Source: Candidatus Aminicenantes bacterium
Lineage (GTDB): Bacteria; Acidobacteriota; Aminicenantia; Aminicenantales; UBA4085
NCBI GenBank assembly: GCA_963729855.1
Contig: CAVSPT010000005.1
Coordinates: 439,661 to 503,660 of the forward strand
DNA: 64,000 nucleotides
Reading direction: 5' to 3'
Shown here: piece after piece, positions 8,403-18,625 of the stretch
How positions within the stretch are numbered: the stretch's first letter is position 1
Layout: every line of letters begins with the position of its first letter
The notes under the pieces: generated by a model
Databases searched by the model: none
Seen by the model: only the letters and a program-made list of their open reading frames with translations
What the model was told of the DNA's origin: nothing
Program-made: the position numbers and the translations under genes

Positions 8403-10815
8403 TTTCCGCGGGCGGTTTTTTCCTCCTCCGAAATTTCCGGACCAGCAGGACCAGCGTAAGAAGCGGCCCGTAGAAGGCCGTGGCCGCGGCGGCGAAGCCG
8501 ATGTTTCGGCCCTTGACGATCTCCATCCCCCAGCCGAACTGGTCCTCGCTGACCAGGTAGGTCCAAGTCGAGGAAGGCCCTTTCAATCGCTCCAGGTCGA
8601 GCGGCGAGACGTCCTCTTTACGGGCGAGCGCGGCCATCTCGGCGGCGACCGCCTCGCCGATCCGGCCTTCCAATTCCAGGAATTCGGCGGTCGCCGCTTT
8701 TCGGAATTCGTCGATCGGCGTTTTCCCGCCCAGGCTGACCAGATGAATGCTTTCCCGGGTGTCCTGGATCCAGGCCAAATGGTCGGACCAAAAGCGGTCC
8801 AGATAATGGAGGGTCGCCCTCCGCTCCCAATCCGCCAGGCGGCCGGCCCCGAAGCGCCTCACGGCCTCGGCAAAGAGCCCGGGTTCCCGTTCGGCGAAGA
8901 GGCCCGGCGGCGGGCCGCCGTCCGCGCCCGTCAAGATCTCGTCGCGCTTCGTTTGAATCAGTCCCCTCTGCAGCTCGATGAGCGATGAGTATTTATAGAG
9001 CGAGCGGCGGATGTCGAAGTTCTGGCCCTCGATGATCCGCTGGGCGTGCTCGATCTCGCGCTGGAGATGGCCGGCGGGAACGGCGTCCGCTCCCGGGCCC
9101 GGGCGGTGCCGGCGGAGAAGCATCCCGGTCAAACCGTAGCGCTCGAAAAGATCGTCCTCCAGGCTGATGAAAAAGCGCGTCGAGCCCGGATCGCCCTGGC
9201 GTCCGGCGCGCCCGCGCAGCTGCCGGTCGATGCGCAGACTCTCGTGCCGGTTGGTGCCGATTACATAGAGTCCGCCCAGGGACAAGGCCCGTTCCCGCTC
9301 GCCTTCGTCCGCTCCGCCCAGCTTGATGTCCGTGCCCCGCCCGGCCATGTTGGTGGAGATCGTGACCGCGCCGGGCCGCCCGGCCTCGGCGACGATTGCG
9401 GCTTCGAGCCCGTCGTTGCGGGCGTTCAGGATCTGAACGACGACGCCGGCGGCCCGCAGGTCCGCCGCCAGCTCCTCAGACTCCCTGACGCTGGCCGTAC
9501 CGACCAGGATGGGCCGCCCCCCGGCATGGACGCCGGTGATCTCCCGGAACAAAGCCCTGCGCTTGGCCGGACGGCTGGTGAAGACCTCGTCCGGAAGGTC
9601 GCGGCGCGCAGTGGGCCTATGCGGCGGGACGATCGTCGTTTCCAGGCCGTAGAATTCCTTGAATTCCTGGGCCGCCGAGCGGGCCGTGGCCGTCATGCCG
9701 CAGAGCTCCGGATAAAGGCAGAAGAAATGCTGCAGGGTGATCGAACCCAGGATGCGGCCCTCGGTCTTCCGGGTCAGCCCCTCCTTGGCCTCCACGGCGG
9801 CCTGCAGGCCGTCCGGCCAATGGCGCTTGTCCACGACCCGGCCGGTGAATTCGTCGACGATCTCGATCCGCCCGCGGCGGACGATATAGTCGATGTCGCG
9901 GCGCAGGAGGGCCTCGGCGTGCAGGGCGCAATACACCGCCTCGAGCAGGCCCAGGTTCTCCGCGGCGTAAAGATCGCGGACGCCGAGAAACTCTTCGGTC
10001 CTGTCCGCGCCGGCCTCGGTCAGGAAGACGTTGCGGTGTTCATCGTCGGTTTCGTAGTCGCGGGCCGGAGCCAGGTCCCCGGCCAGCGCGGCCATCCGGC
10101 GGGCGTCCCAAGCGGCGCGGTCCTCGGCCCCGGAAATGACCAGGGGGATGCGGGCCTCGTCGACGAGGATCGAATCGGCCTCGTCGACCAAGGCGAAATG
10201 GAAAGGACGGTGGACGAGCGAGGCGGGATCGTCGGCGATCCGGTCGCGCAAGAAATCGAAGCCCGCCTCCTTGGCCGTGGCATAGGTCACGTCGGCCCGA
10301 TAGGCCACGCGCTTTTCGGCCGGGGCCATTCCTTCCTGAACGCAGCCGACGCTGAGGCCGAGGCCCTCGAAAACCGGCCCCATCCAGCGGGCGTCTCGGC
10401 GGGCCAGGTAATCATTGAAGGTCAGGACGTGAGCGCCCCGGCCGGCCAGGGCGTGAAGGGAGGCCGGGAAGACGGCGGCCAGGGTTTTGCCCTCGCCGGT
10501 CGGCAATTCGGCGACGCGGCGGCGGGCCATGGCCAAGGCGGCGATCATCTGGACGTCGAAGGGATCGAGCCGCAGGGCCCGGCGGGCGGCCTCGCGGACC
10601 AGGGCGAAAACTTCGATCTCCCAATCGGGCGCGCGCGGTGAGGCGCCGTCCGCGCCGCGCATGTCCGCCCCGAGCGATCGGGCCCGTTCGCGGATTTCGG
10701 AGTCGGAGAGATCCGCCCGATCGCGCCGCTTGATCTCGTCGACCATGGCGGCGTATCCCCGAAGATCGTTTTCGACGGGGTTTCCCGTCGCCCGGCGAAA
10801 GAATTTAAAAGACAT
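8359..10815 (-). CDS. secA: SecA-family preprotein translocase ATPase paralog (SecA2-like, 818 aa) with C-terminal hydrophobic helix
   Basis: Walker A 'LPTGEGKTLAAV', DEAD-like 'ALVDEADSILVDEARIPLVISG', 'ISTNMAGRGTDIKLGG'. ATG at 10815 with GGAGG upstream. C-terminus 'IGFAAAATAFYGPLLTLVLLVRKFRRRKK' replaces the usual Zn-finger tail. 44-nt convergent overlap with 7620..8402. Confidence 0.85.
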   Translation of the reverse strand: MSFKFFRRATGNPVENDLRGYAAMVDEIKRRDRADLSDSEIRERARSLGADMRGADGASPRAPDWEIEVFALVREAARRALRLDPFDVQMIAALAMARRRVAELPTGEGKTLAAVFPASLHALAGRGAHVLTFNDYLARRDARWMGPVFEGLGLSVGCVQEGMAPAEKRVAYRADVTYATAKEAGFDFLRDRIADDPASLVHRPFHFALVDEADSILVDEARIPLVISGAEDRAAWDARRMAALAGDLAPARDYETDDEHRNVFLTEAGADRTEEFLGVRDLYAAENLGLLEAVYCALHAEALLRRDIDYIVRRGRIEIVDEFTGRVVDKRHWPDGLQAAVEAKEGLTRKTEGRILGSITLQHFFCLYPELCGMTATARSAAQEFKEFYGLETTIVPPHRPTARRDLPDEVFTSRPAKRRALFREITGVHAGGRPILVGTASVRESEELAADLRAAGVVVQILNARNDGLEAAIVAEAGRPGAVTISTNMAGRGTDIKLGGADEGERERALSLGGLYVIGTNRHESLRIDRQLRGRAGRQGDPGSTRFFISLEDDLFERYGLTGMLLRRHRPGPGADAVPAGHLQREIEHAQRIIEGQNFDIRRSLYKYSSLIELQRGLIQTKRDEILTGADGGPPPGLFAEREPGLFAEAVRRFGAGRLADWERRATLHYLDRFWSDHLAWIQDTRESIHLVSLGGKTPIDEFRKAATAEFLELEGRIGEAVAAEMAALARKEDVSPLDLERLKGPSSTWTYLVSEDQFGWGMEIVKGRNIGFAAAATAFYGPLLTLVLLVRKFRRRKKPPAEINGQVEPGRPSSRS

Positions 10816-11160
10816 GATGAAGACCTCCTGGCGGGAAGGAACGAGAGGGATCGGAAAGAGGAGGTCAGGTCCGAGGGGGGGCGCGGAGGGAATGCGCGCT
10901 GCAGGCGTAAAGCCCAGGCCGGGCGGATGGAGCGGCCATGGCTGTCCGTATCGGGCCGGCGCCGATGAGAAAAGACAGGGACAGCAACAGAGGCCCGATC
11001 AGCAGAGGGAAAAACACCGCCAGCGGGATGAAGGCCAGGACAAAGAAGCCCCAGCCCGCAAGCGCCGGCCGGCGAAATTCGAGGACCATCGGTCGTCCGT
11101 TCATGATCACGCGGCTCGAGGAGAAGATAGGTTCCCGGCCCGTTGAAGTCAACCCGCCGT

Positions 11161-12159
11161 CTACATTTTCCGGAAATCCGGCTCCGGGGCGGGCTTATTG
11201 CCGAGGATCTTGTCGATCCGGGCCAAAAGGGCTCCATCCAGGAGCCGGGCGGCATCCAGGGCTTTCATGTTTTCGACGACCTGTTCGGGTTTGGACGCGC
11301 CGGTCATGACGGTGCTGACGTGCTTGTTCTTCAGACACCAGGCGATGGCCAGCTGGGGCAGGGTGATCCTCAGCTCCCGGGCCAGGCTCGCCAGCTTCTT
11401 GATCTTGGCGATCTTCACCTGGGCCTCCGGGCCCTCGAACCGCTTGCGCAGCCACTGGTAATTGCGCAGGGCCAGCCGCGAACCGGCCGGAATGCCCTTG
11501 GCGTACTTGCCGGTCAGGAACCCGCTGTTGAGCGGACTCCAGACGGTCGCGCCCATCCCGAAATCACGGTACAGGCCGGCGTATTCCCGCTCGACCCGCT
11601 CCCGGACGAACATGTTGTACTGGGGCTGCTCCATGGCCGGAGGGATGAGATGCTCGCGGCGGGCGATGCCATGGGCCTCCCGGATCTGCTCGGCGCTCCA
11701 TTCGCTCGTCCCCCAATAGAACGCTTTGCCCTGGTTGACGACGTGGGTCATGGCCCGGACGGTCTCCTCGACGGGGGTCTCCTTGTCGGGGCGATGGCAG
11801 AAGAGAAGGTCGACATAGTCCATCTGCAGGCGGCGGAGCGAGGCGTCCGTACCCTCGACGATATGCTTGCGGGAGAGGCCGGTGTCGTTGGGGCCGTCCC
11901 CGCCCCAGAAGATCTTGGTCGAGACGACCAGGTCGGAGCGCTTCCACCCGAAATTCCGGAGGATGCCCCCCATCATGCTCTCGGCCCGGCCGGCGGCATA
12001 GACTTCGGCGGTGTCGAAGAAATTGACCCCGGCTTCATAGGCCGCCTTCAGGCAGGCCGCGCCGACTTCTTCGTCGATCTGGTCGCCGAACGTGATCCAA
12101 GTGCCGATGGACAGGGCCGAGACCTTGAGTCCGGATGATCCGAGATTCCTATATTCCAT
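11161..12159 (-). CDS. Aldo/keto reductase (Kv-beta/YajO-like subfamily)
   Basis: 'MEYRNLGSSGLKVSALSIGTW', AKR catalytic tetrad context, 'FDTAEVYA'. ATG at 12159 with GGAG upstream. The longer track ORF carries a spurious N-terminal extension. Confidence 0.9.
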   Translation of the reverse strand: MEYRNLGSSGLKVSALSIGTWITFGDQIDEEVGAACLKAAYEAGVNFFDTAEVYAAGRAESMMGGILRNFGWKRSDLVVSTKIFWGGDGPNDTGLSRKHIVEGTDASLRRLQMDYVDLLFCHRPDKETPVEETVRAMTHVVNQGKAFYWGTSEWSAEQIREAHGIARREHLIPPAMEQPQYNMFVRERVEREYAGLYRDFGMGATVWSPLNSGFLTGKYAKGIPAGSRLALRNYQWLRKRFEGPEAQVKIAKIKKLASLARELRITLPQLAIAWCLKNKHVSTVMTGASKPEQVVENMKALDAARLLDGALLARIDKILGNKPAPEPDFRKM

Positions 12160-12305
12160 GGTCCTTCTCCTCAGGGCGGCCGCCCGTCTACTGTATATGA
12201 AAAGCGCCGCGGGCGGTAGCCGGGAAGGAGCCGGGAATCCGCGTTCGAGGAAGACGGCCGGCGGCCGGGAGGGGGTCCGCCGCGGACGCCCAAAAATAGG
12301 CCGCG

Positions 12306-15300
12306 CTATCCGCAGATGACGCGGAACGGACAATCGTCGCAGGCGCGCTCGCGCCGCAGCGCGGGGTCGAAGGGGACGGCCGGATCGGCGATCTCCGCCA
12401 GGAGGCGGCCGATGATCTCTCCCATCAAGGCGACCCGGCGAAGCCGTTCGGCTTCGCGCTCCGCCCGGGCGGCCGCGATTTCGCCGGGACCGGATTTCGG
12501 GTCGGCGATCGTCCGATCCCAATCGCGAAACACTTGATCGCCCGTATAGGCCGAGTATTCGATCCGCGGGCTGAGACGATTCCGGCCCACCATGACGAAC
12601 GTCCCATGGATCCTCTCCGGAGCCGGGAATGGGGGAACGGGGCCCGATTCCCCGGCCGCGGCGGCCCCCGGCCCTTTCCCCAGTTCGGCCGACGTCAGGG
12701 CGCGCGACAGGATGAGGCCGTAGAGCGGCAGCTGGAGGCTCAGGACATATTTCGTCCAGGAGGCCCTGTCCTCGAGTTCCAGCTTGCGGAAATCGATGCC
12801 CAGGTAGGTCGTTTTGGCCGAGGTCTTGTAGTCGAGGACGTAATACTCGCCGCCGCGCATCTCCGTGCGGTCGATCTTCGCGGTCAGCTTGAAACCCCGA
12901 TAGTCGGCGCCGGTCCTCTTCTCCAGCCCCAGAATGCGAAGCTCCTTTCCCTCCTTCTCCAGGGCCTCGATGATCGGCACCTGATAATCGGTCAGGAACT
13001 CCTTCAAATGGCTCTTCATCTGGATCTTCATCAGATAAAGCGTGCCGCTCAAGCCGCCGCCGAAATCCCTCCGGAACCGGCGGTCGATGAGGGCCGCCAT
13101 CCGGGACAAACTCAGGTCCGCGGCCCGCACCACGCGCCCGGCGAACCGGACGAAATAGTCCTCCAGGATGGAGTGGACGAGCGTGCCGATGTCCTTCTTC
13201 TCCATCCCCTCGCCGACGTCCTCCTTCTCCCGCAGGCCCAGGACGTAGGTGTCATAGAATTGGAGCGGGCATTTGAGGTAGCTGTCGAGGGCCGTCGCCG
13301 AATACGTGAAGTTCCGCAGGAACCCGGCGACTTCGGCGCTCTTTTCCACCGCCGCGGGCCGGGCCGACCGGAGGGCCACTTCGTAGCGCACCGTTCGGAT
13401 GAATTTCCCGGCCCGCTTCTCCGCGCTCCGCTTCTGTTTCTCCCAGATGGCCTTTTCCACGAAGCGGCTGCGCTCTTTATCGTTGTTCTCGACAAAGATC
13501 ATCTGGACCCGCCGGGCCCCGCGGACGAGCGTGTCGAGATAATATTCCATGCGCCGCTCGTTGTCCCGGTAGGTCGGCAGGCCCATGGCCCGCCGCGCGG
13601 CGAAGGGCAGCAGCGAATCGGCCCGCTTGGAAGCCGGCAGGACGTCCTCGTTCATGTCCAGGATGAAGACGTCCTCGAAGGGCAGGCCGCGCGTCTCCCA
13701 GAAGCCCAGCACCTGCAGGCCGTGAAGCGGCGTTCCCTCGAAGGGCACCGTTCCGGCCGAAACGACCTTCCGGAAAAGGTTAAAGTAGCTTCCCGGATCG
13801 GCGAAGGCCGTGGCCCCCAGGAGCGACCGGCCGAGAGAGCCGAGCTGGGCCATGAAGGCTTCGGCGTAGGGGTGGAAGAAATAATGCCGGCGGGCGGCGC
13901 TGTTTTCATAGATGAAATCGAGAGCCGCGGCGAGCTTGGCCGCGAAATCGGCGACGTCGCGGATCGTCCGGAACGGGCGGATGAGCGCGGCGTGGATCGA
14001 CCGCAGCTGATCCATGAAGGCGGCCGCGTCGGGCGCGCCGTCGAGGCCCGTCGTCCGCTCCTGGACCGCCCGCCGGACGGCCGCATCGTTTTCCAGCTCC
14101 TCGAGCGCCCAGAAGGCCCTGGCGCGGCGGGCCGTCAGCTCCTCCTCGACGGCATGGAAGAGGATGCGGGTGAAATCGGCCCGCTCGTCGCGGCCGGCGA
14201 AATGGATGTTTTTCGTATAGGGATGCAGGACGAAGCGCAGATAATGCGGGGCGTAGACGCGGCCCTCCTCGTCCATCGACTGGACGAGCTCCAGCAGCTT
14301 GTCGAAGAAGCTGTAGATCGGCGTGCGGGACAGCGGATAGCCGAGAGAGATGTTGAACTCCTCGGCTTTCAGGGCGGACAGGGTCTGTTGGTGGAGGGGG
14401 AAAAGCGTTTCGGACGCCGGCAGAACGATGACCACGCGCTCATGGAGCCGGGCCCGGTCGGCCAGGAGCGGCGCCAGGACCCGGTTGAGAGCGAAGACCT
14501 GTCCGTGCGCGTCCGGGCTCTTGATGATTTCGATCTCCGTTGGCGGCGGCTCCGCGGCTCCGCCGCCCAGCCCCGCCTTCATGGCCCGGGCCCGCGTCTC
14601 CGGGTCATCGATCCCGAGCCGATCCAGCGTCCCTTCGATTCCCTTGCCTTCCAGGAGCAGGAGATCGAACTTCTCCCAATTCCGCATCGTCCGGATGAGC
14701 CGGGCCTCGGCCCCGGTCAGGGTGAAGAATCCGGCGAAAATGATCCGCTCGATATCTTCGAAAATCTCCGGCCCGACGGCTTCGGATACGGCCCGCAGCC
14801 GCGACGAGCAGGTGGAAAAGCCCCGGGCGGCCAAAATCCCATAAAACTCATCGTAGAAAACGGAGACGGACTGGAGGCGCTTCCGCGCGGCCTCGGGGAC
14901 GGACGTTTCGCCCCAGACATCGGCTTTCAGAAGCTCGTCCCGGGTCACGGCGGCGGCCTGCAGCTCCTCCAGGTCCCGAAAAAGCTTGGTCCCCAGAGGA
15001 AAGAATTGGTCGGCGGTCAGGAAATGCTCCCGGCCCAGCCGGCCGATCGAGCCGCGGTGGATCTCGAACAGGAGGGCCACGGCGTCGAGGGCGTCGATCG
15101 TCCGGTCCCTGCGCCCCATCCGTTCGCCGTAGACCTGGTCGATGAACGTCTCGATCGAACCGGTCCGCGGCGGGATAAAGCCGCTTTTTTCGCGCTCCGC
15201 AAGTGTCTTGCGCAGGTAATACGAGGGGCGGCGCTCGGGGAAAACGACCCACTGTCTGGAATAGTCCTTTCCCTCCGGATGGAGGCGCCCGGCCACGGCG

Positions 15301-15341
15301 GCGATCAGCCCCGCCCTGGGGGAAACGAATTCCAGGCTCAT
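12306..15341 (-). CDS. addB: AddB/RexB-like PD-(D/E)XK nuclease subunit of a two-subunit helicase-nuclease (no Walker A at N-terminus)
   Basis: C-terminal RecB-nuclease motif 'VLDYKTS'. Terminal Cys cluster 'CDDCPFRVIC' plus upstream 'YLKCP' (AddB-type Fe-S staple). Its ATG overlaps the addA stop as ATGA at 15338-15341. Confidence 0.8.
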   Translation of the reverse strand: MSLEFVSPRAGLIAAVAGRLHPEGKDYSRQWVVFPERRPSYYLRKTLAEREKSGFIPPRTGSIETFIDQVYGERMGRRDRTIDALDAVALLFEIHRGSIGRLGREHFLTADQFFPLGTKLFRDLEELQAAAVTRDELLKADVWGETSVPEAARKRLQSVSVFYDEFYGILAARGFSTCSSRLRAVSEAVGPEIFEDIERIIFAGFFTLTGAEARLIRTMRNWEKFDLLLLEGKGIEGTLDRLGIDDPETRARAMKAGLGGGAAEPPPTEIEIIKSPDAHGQVFALNRVLAPLLADRARLHERVVIVLPASETLFPLHQQTLSALKAEEFNISLGYPLSRTPIYSFFDKLLELVQSMDEEGRVYAPHYLRFVLHPYTKNIHFAGRDERADFTRILFHAVEEELTARRARAFWALEELENDAAVRRAVQERTTGLDGAPDAAAFMDQLRSIHAALIRPFRTIRDVADFAAKLAAALDFIYENSAARRHYFFHPYAEAFMAQLGSLGRSLLGATAFADPGSYFNLFRKVVSAGTVPFEGTPLHGLQVLGFWETRGLPFEDVFILDMNEDVLPASKRADSLLPFAARRAMGLPTYRDNERRMEYYLDTLVRGARRVQMIFVENNDKERSRFVEKAIWEKQKRSAEKRAGKFIRTVRYEVALRSARPAAVEKSAEVAGFLRNFTYSATALDSYLKCPLQFYDTYVLGLREKEDVGEGMEKKDIGTLVHSILEDYFVRFAGRVVRAADLSLSRMAALIDRRFRRDFGGGLSGTLYLMKIQMKSHLKEFLTDYQVPIIEALEKEGKELRILGLEKRTGADYRGFKLTAKIDRTEMRGGEYYVLDYKTSAKTTYLGIDFRKLELEDRASWTKYVLSLQLPLYGLILSRALTSAELGKGPGAAAAGESGPVPPFPAPERIHGTFVMVGRNRLSPRIEYSAYTGDQVFRDWDRTIADPKSGPGEIAAARAEREAERLRRVALMGEIIGRLLAEIADPAVPFDPALRRERACDDCPFRVICG

Positions 15342-18300
15342 TCCACCGTCTCCCATGTCCGGCGGTCCACGTAGGCCAGGATCCCGCGGACGGACCGCCG
15401 GGGGAAGACGTCCCGGGCGATCCGGATATATTCGCGCACTTGGGCCCGGTCGGATTCCTCGAGGCGGGAGCGGACGCCTTCGCGCGCGAAGCCGGCCCCG
15501 CCGGCCCCTTCAGCGCCGGTCTTGAAATCGATGATGGCGACGGCATCCGGATCGACCACGACGCGGTCCATCCGATAGGCCCGTCCCTCCGCATCGCAGA
15601 AGGTCAGCTCGCGCATTACCCGCCGATCGGGGCGGGGCTCGAAATATCGGGCGATCGGAGACCCGCTCAGATTGCGGGCCAAGGTCCGGGTGACTTCGGC
15701 ACACAGCCCGGCCTCCGGATCGGCCGGTCGGACGGCTTCCGCCGCCGAAGCCAAAGCCTCCTGCCATCCCCCCGTCACGAACTCCAGTCCGGCCAGAATG
15801 CGGTGGGCCAGCTCGCCGCGCCGGCGGTTCCGGTCATTGAGCGAGTCGCGGGAATTGGGGGGAAGTTCGAACGGTCCGGCGGGACGCATGGTCGGGGCCG
15901 GTTCGCTCTCGATTTTTTTCCTGCGGCTTCGGAGGGGAGGTTTTTCAGGGGCCGAGCGATAGACGATTGTTCCGCCGGAGCTCCCGGCCGGCGTCCCCCC
16001 CGCCTCCACCGGAAACGGGCCGGGTCCATCCAGCAGATTGAAGGGGAACTCGGAATTCTTCCCCTGGACCCCGACGATGTAGAGTTCGGCCTCGGCCCGG
16101 GTCAGGGCGACATAGAGCGTGTTCAGCCGGTTGACCTCGTCTTTGCGCTTGGCCGCCTCGTAGATGTCCTTGAGCCGGGAGTCGGCCTCGGCCAGGGCCT
16201 TGTTGATTTTGTAGACGCGGATCCCGCCCGCACCGCCGGGCTCTCCCGTTCCGGCCTCCGCCTCCCCGGCATCGAGATAAAAATCCGGAGCGATCCATTT
16301 TTCGCCGTAGAGCAGCAGGATGACCACGGGAAAGCCCAGGCCCTTAGCCTTGTGGATGGTCATGATCTTGATCGCCTCGATCTCCGAGGGGACGTCGATC
16401 GTCCAGCCCTCGCCGGCGGCGTCGCTCGTGAAATCCAGGAATTCCCGGAGATCGTTGTGGCCCCGACTTTCGAAATTTTTGATTGTTTCGAGGAACTTGA
16501 CCAGGGCCGCCTCCTCGCCGGGGAAGCTCCGGAAAAGGTCGAAGGCCCGGTAGATCGAGACGGCCAGGTCGTAGAGCGGATAAAAGCCGACGGCCTTGAA
16601 CAAGGGCTCGAAGAACCGACCCCAGGCGTCCTTGAATCGACGGCGAAAGGCCGTGTAGACCGGGGCGCCCGCGCGCCGGGCGCCGAAAAGGAAGCGGCGA
16701 AGATCCGCGGAGGCGATCCCGCCGCCGGAGGGTCCGGCGAAAACGTCGCCCAGCAGGAAGGCCGCGAAAGACAGATCATCGGGCGGGGAATCCAGAAAGC
16801 GCAGGAGGGCCAGGATCTCGCCGATGATCTTCCGCCCGCGGATGTCCAGGCTGCTGAAGGGGATGAAGGGGACCCCTTGACGGTCCGGATTCTTCGGGTC
16901 CGGCATCTCGTTCAGCCAAGCCGCCACGTCGACGACGGATTCGTTCTTGTAGGTCAGGACGGCGATGTCGGAATAGGCGCACCCGCGCCGGACGAGCCCG
17001 GCGATGAGGGACTGGATTTTCGCTTTTTCCGGCCGCTCGTCGGCGGCGGCCGGGTCCGCCGGCTCCCCGGATCCGCCGTTTTCATCCCGGCCGTCCTCCT
17101 CCGCCGCCTCGTTCCCGAAAAGGACATACTCGACGTATCCCGCGCCCTTGTTGTTCTCGACGACGTCCTGATGGAATTCGTTCAGCCCGCTCAGCTTCTC
17201 CGTCTCCGTGGACTCCGATTCGGTCTGGAAAACCTTTTTAACGAAATCGAGGATCTTCTCGCCGCTTCGGAAATTCTCCCTCAGCTCGCGGACCCGGATT
17301 TCGGCCGAGGCGAACCGCTCCCCGCCTTCCTCCAGCCTTTTCATGATCCGGTAATCGGCGTCCCGGAAGCCGTAGATCGCCTGCTTGGTGTCGCCGACGA
17401 CGAACAGGCTTCCGCCCTTGCTCAGCGACTCTTCGATGAGCGGACGAAGATTGGTCCATTGGATGGGCGAGGTGTCCTGAAACTCGTCGATCAGATAATG
17501 GTCGATGCGGTCGCCGAGCCGGAAATAGATGTCGGGAACGATCCCGGCGTCCATGTATCGGGCCAGCTGCTTGTTCATGTCCTCGATGAAGACGATCCCC
17601 TGCTGGCGCTTGACCCGGTCGAGCGTTCCGGCCAGCGCCCTGTAGGCCTTCAAATAGGGGGAAAAGAAATCCCGGGCGTAGAGTCCGCCGTATCCGCGGA
17701 CGGATTTTTCCAGCGCCCTCCAGCGGGCCTCGATACGGTCGTAGGCGTCCGCGCCGGCCCCCGCTTTTCCGCGGCCGGCCGGTTTCCTGACGGGCACGGT
17801 CTTGAAGCTGACCGCGGCCAGTCCGCTGAAGCGCTTCTCCCGGACGGCCGGGAGAACCCGGGAAAAATAGTGGCTGCGGGCGTTCTTCTCCAGCCCGCAG
17901 GCCTCGACCGCGCGTTCAAGCTCGTCCGTTTGGGCCGTGATCTTCTTGATGACCCGGGCATAGGCCTTGTCCAGCTTGTCGATGACCAGGTCCCCGCGCT
18001 GGGCGGCCAGGCGGCCGTAAAAGGAGGTCATCTTCTCCAGGATCGGCCCGGACGGGTCCCAGGCGTACGACGCGTCGGCCTCCTGATAGAGGGCCAAGCG
18101 GGCGAGGATGTCGCGGAAGATCGCCGCTTCGCCGGTCCTGTCCCGGATCGTGCGCAGATAGCGGTGGAAGGCGTAATCGATGAGCTCGGCGTGTTCGAGG
18201 ACGATCTCGAAATCGGGCGGAAAACCAAGGTCGACCGCCGAGGCCTTGAAGACCGTGGCCATGAAGCCGTCGATCGTCTCGACCTGGAAATCGGTGTATT

Positions 18301-18625
18301 CGGCCAGGATCCGCTCGACGGCCGCCTCCGCCCGCCGGGGCAGGATTTTCGCCCCGATGTCGATCTCCTCCCGGAGCTGGCCGATCCGCCTTTCGTCCCC
18401 GAACGAGGCGTCCTTGAGCCAGCCCAGTATCCGCTCCTTCATCTCCCGGGCGGCGTTCTTGGTGAAGGTGATGGCCAGGACGTTCCGCAGATTCGGGCCG
18501 GGAATCGTGCCCGGCCCGCCCGCCGGCTCGAGGACGAACTTCAGGAACCGCAACGACAGGGCGTGCGTCTTCCCCGATCCGGCGGAGGCTTTGAGGAGGA
18601 CGTTCTCGGGTTGAAGCCGGTTCAT
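15338..18625 (-). CDS. addA: AddA/RexA-like UvrD-family helicase with C-terminal nuclease domain
   Basis: Walker A 'ASAGSGKTHAL', 'VLAITFTKNAAREM', UvrD motifs. C-terminal 'IIDFKTG' nuclease motif. ATG at 18625. Confidence 0.85.
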   Translation of the reverse strand: MNRLQPENVLLKASAGSGKTHALSLRFLKFVLEPAGGPGTIPGPNLRNVLAITFTKNAAREMKERILGWLKDASFGDERRIGQLREEIDIGAKILPRRAEAAVERILAEYTDFQVETIDGFMATVFKASAVDLGFPPDFEIVLEHAELIDYAFHRYLRTIRDRTGEAAIFRDILARLALYQEADASYAWDPSGPILEKMTSFYGRLAAQRGDLVIDKLDKAYARVIKKITAQTDELERAVEACGLEKNARSHYFSRVLPAVREKRFSGLAAVSFKTVPVRKPAGRGKAGAGADAYDRIEARWRALEKSVRGYGGLYARDFFSPYLKAYRALAGTLDRVKRQQGIVFIEDMNKQLARYMDAGIVPDIYFRLGDRIDHYLIDEFQDTSPIQWTNLRPLIEESLSKGGSLFVVGDTKQAIYGFRDADYRIMKRLEEGGERFASAEIRVRELRENFRSGEKILDFVKKVFQTESESTETEKLSGLNEFHQDVVENNKGAGYVEYVLFGNEAAEEDGRDENGGSGEPADPAAADERPEKAKIQSLIAGLVRRGCAYSDIAVLTYKNESVVDVAAWLNEMPDPKNPDRQGVPFIPFSSLDIRGRKIIGEILALLRFLDSPPDDLSFAAFLLGDVFAGPSGGGIASADLRRFLFGARRAGAPVYTAFRRRFKDAWGRFFEPLFKAVGFYPLYDLAVSIYRAFDLFRSFPGEEAALVKFLETIKNFESRGHNDLREFLDFTSDAAGEGWTIDVPSEIEAIKIMTIHKAKGLGFPVVILLLYGEKWIAPDFYLDAGEAEAGTGEPGGAGGIRVYKINKALAEADSRLKDIYEAAKRKDEVNRLNTLYVALTRAEAELYIVGVQGKNSEFPFNLLDGPGPFPVEAGGTPAGSSGGTIVYRSAPEKPPLRSRRKKIESEPAPTMRPAGPFELPPNSRDSLNDRNRRRGELAHRILAGLEFVTGGWQEALASAAEAVRPADPEAGLCAEVTRTLARNLSGSPIARYFEPRPDRRVMRELTFCDAEGRAYRMDRVVVDPDAVAIIDFKTGAEGAGGAGFAREGVRSRLEESDRAQVREYIRIARDVFPRRSVRGILAYVDRRTWETVE

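Noticed and set aside
9046-10641. 531-aa plus-strand ORF inside secA
   Set aside because: Antisense to SecA, which has unambiguous Walker A and DEAD motifs.
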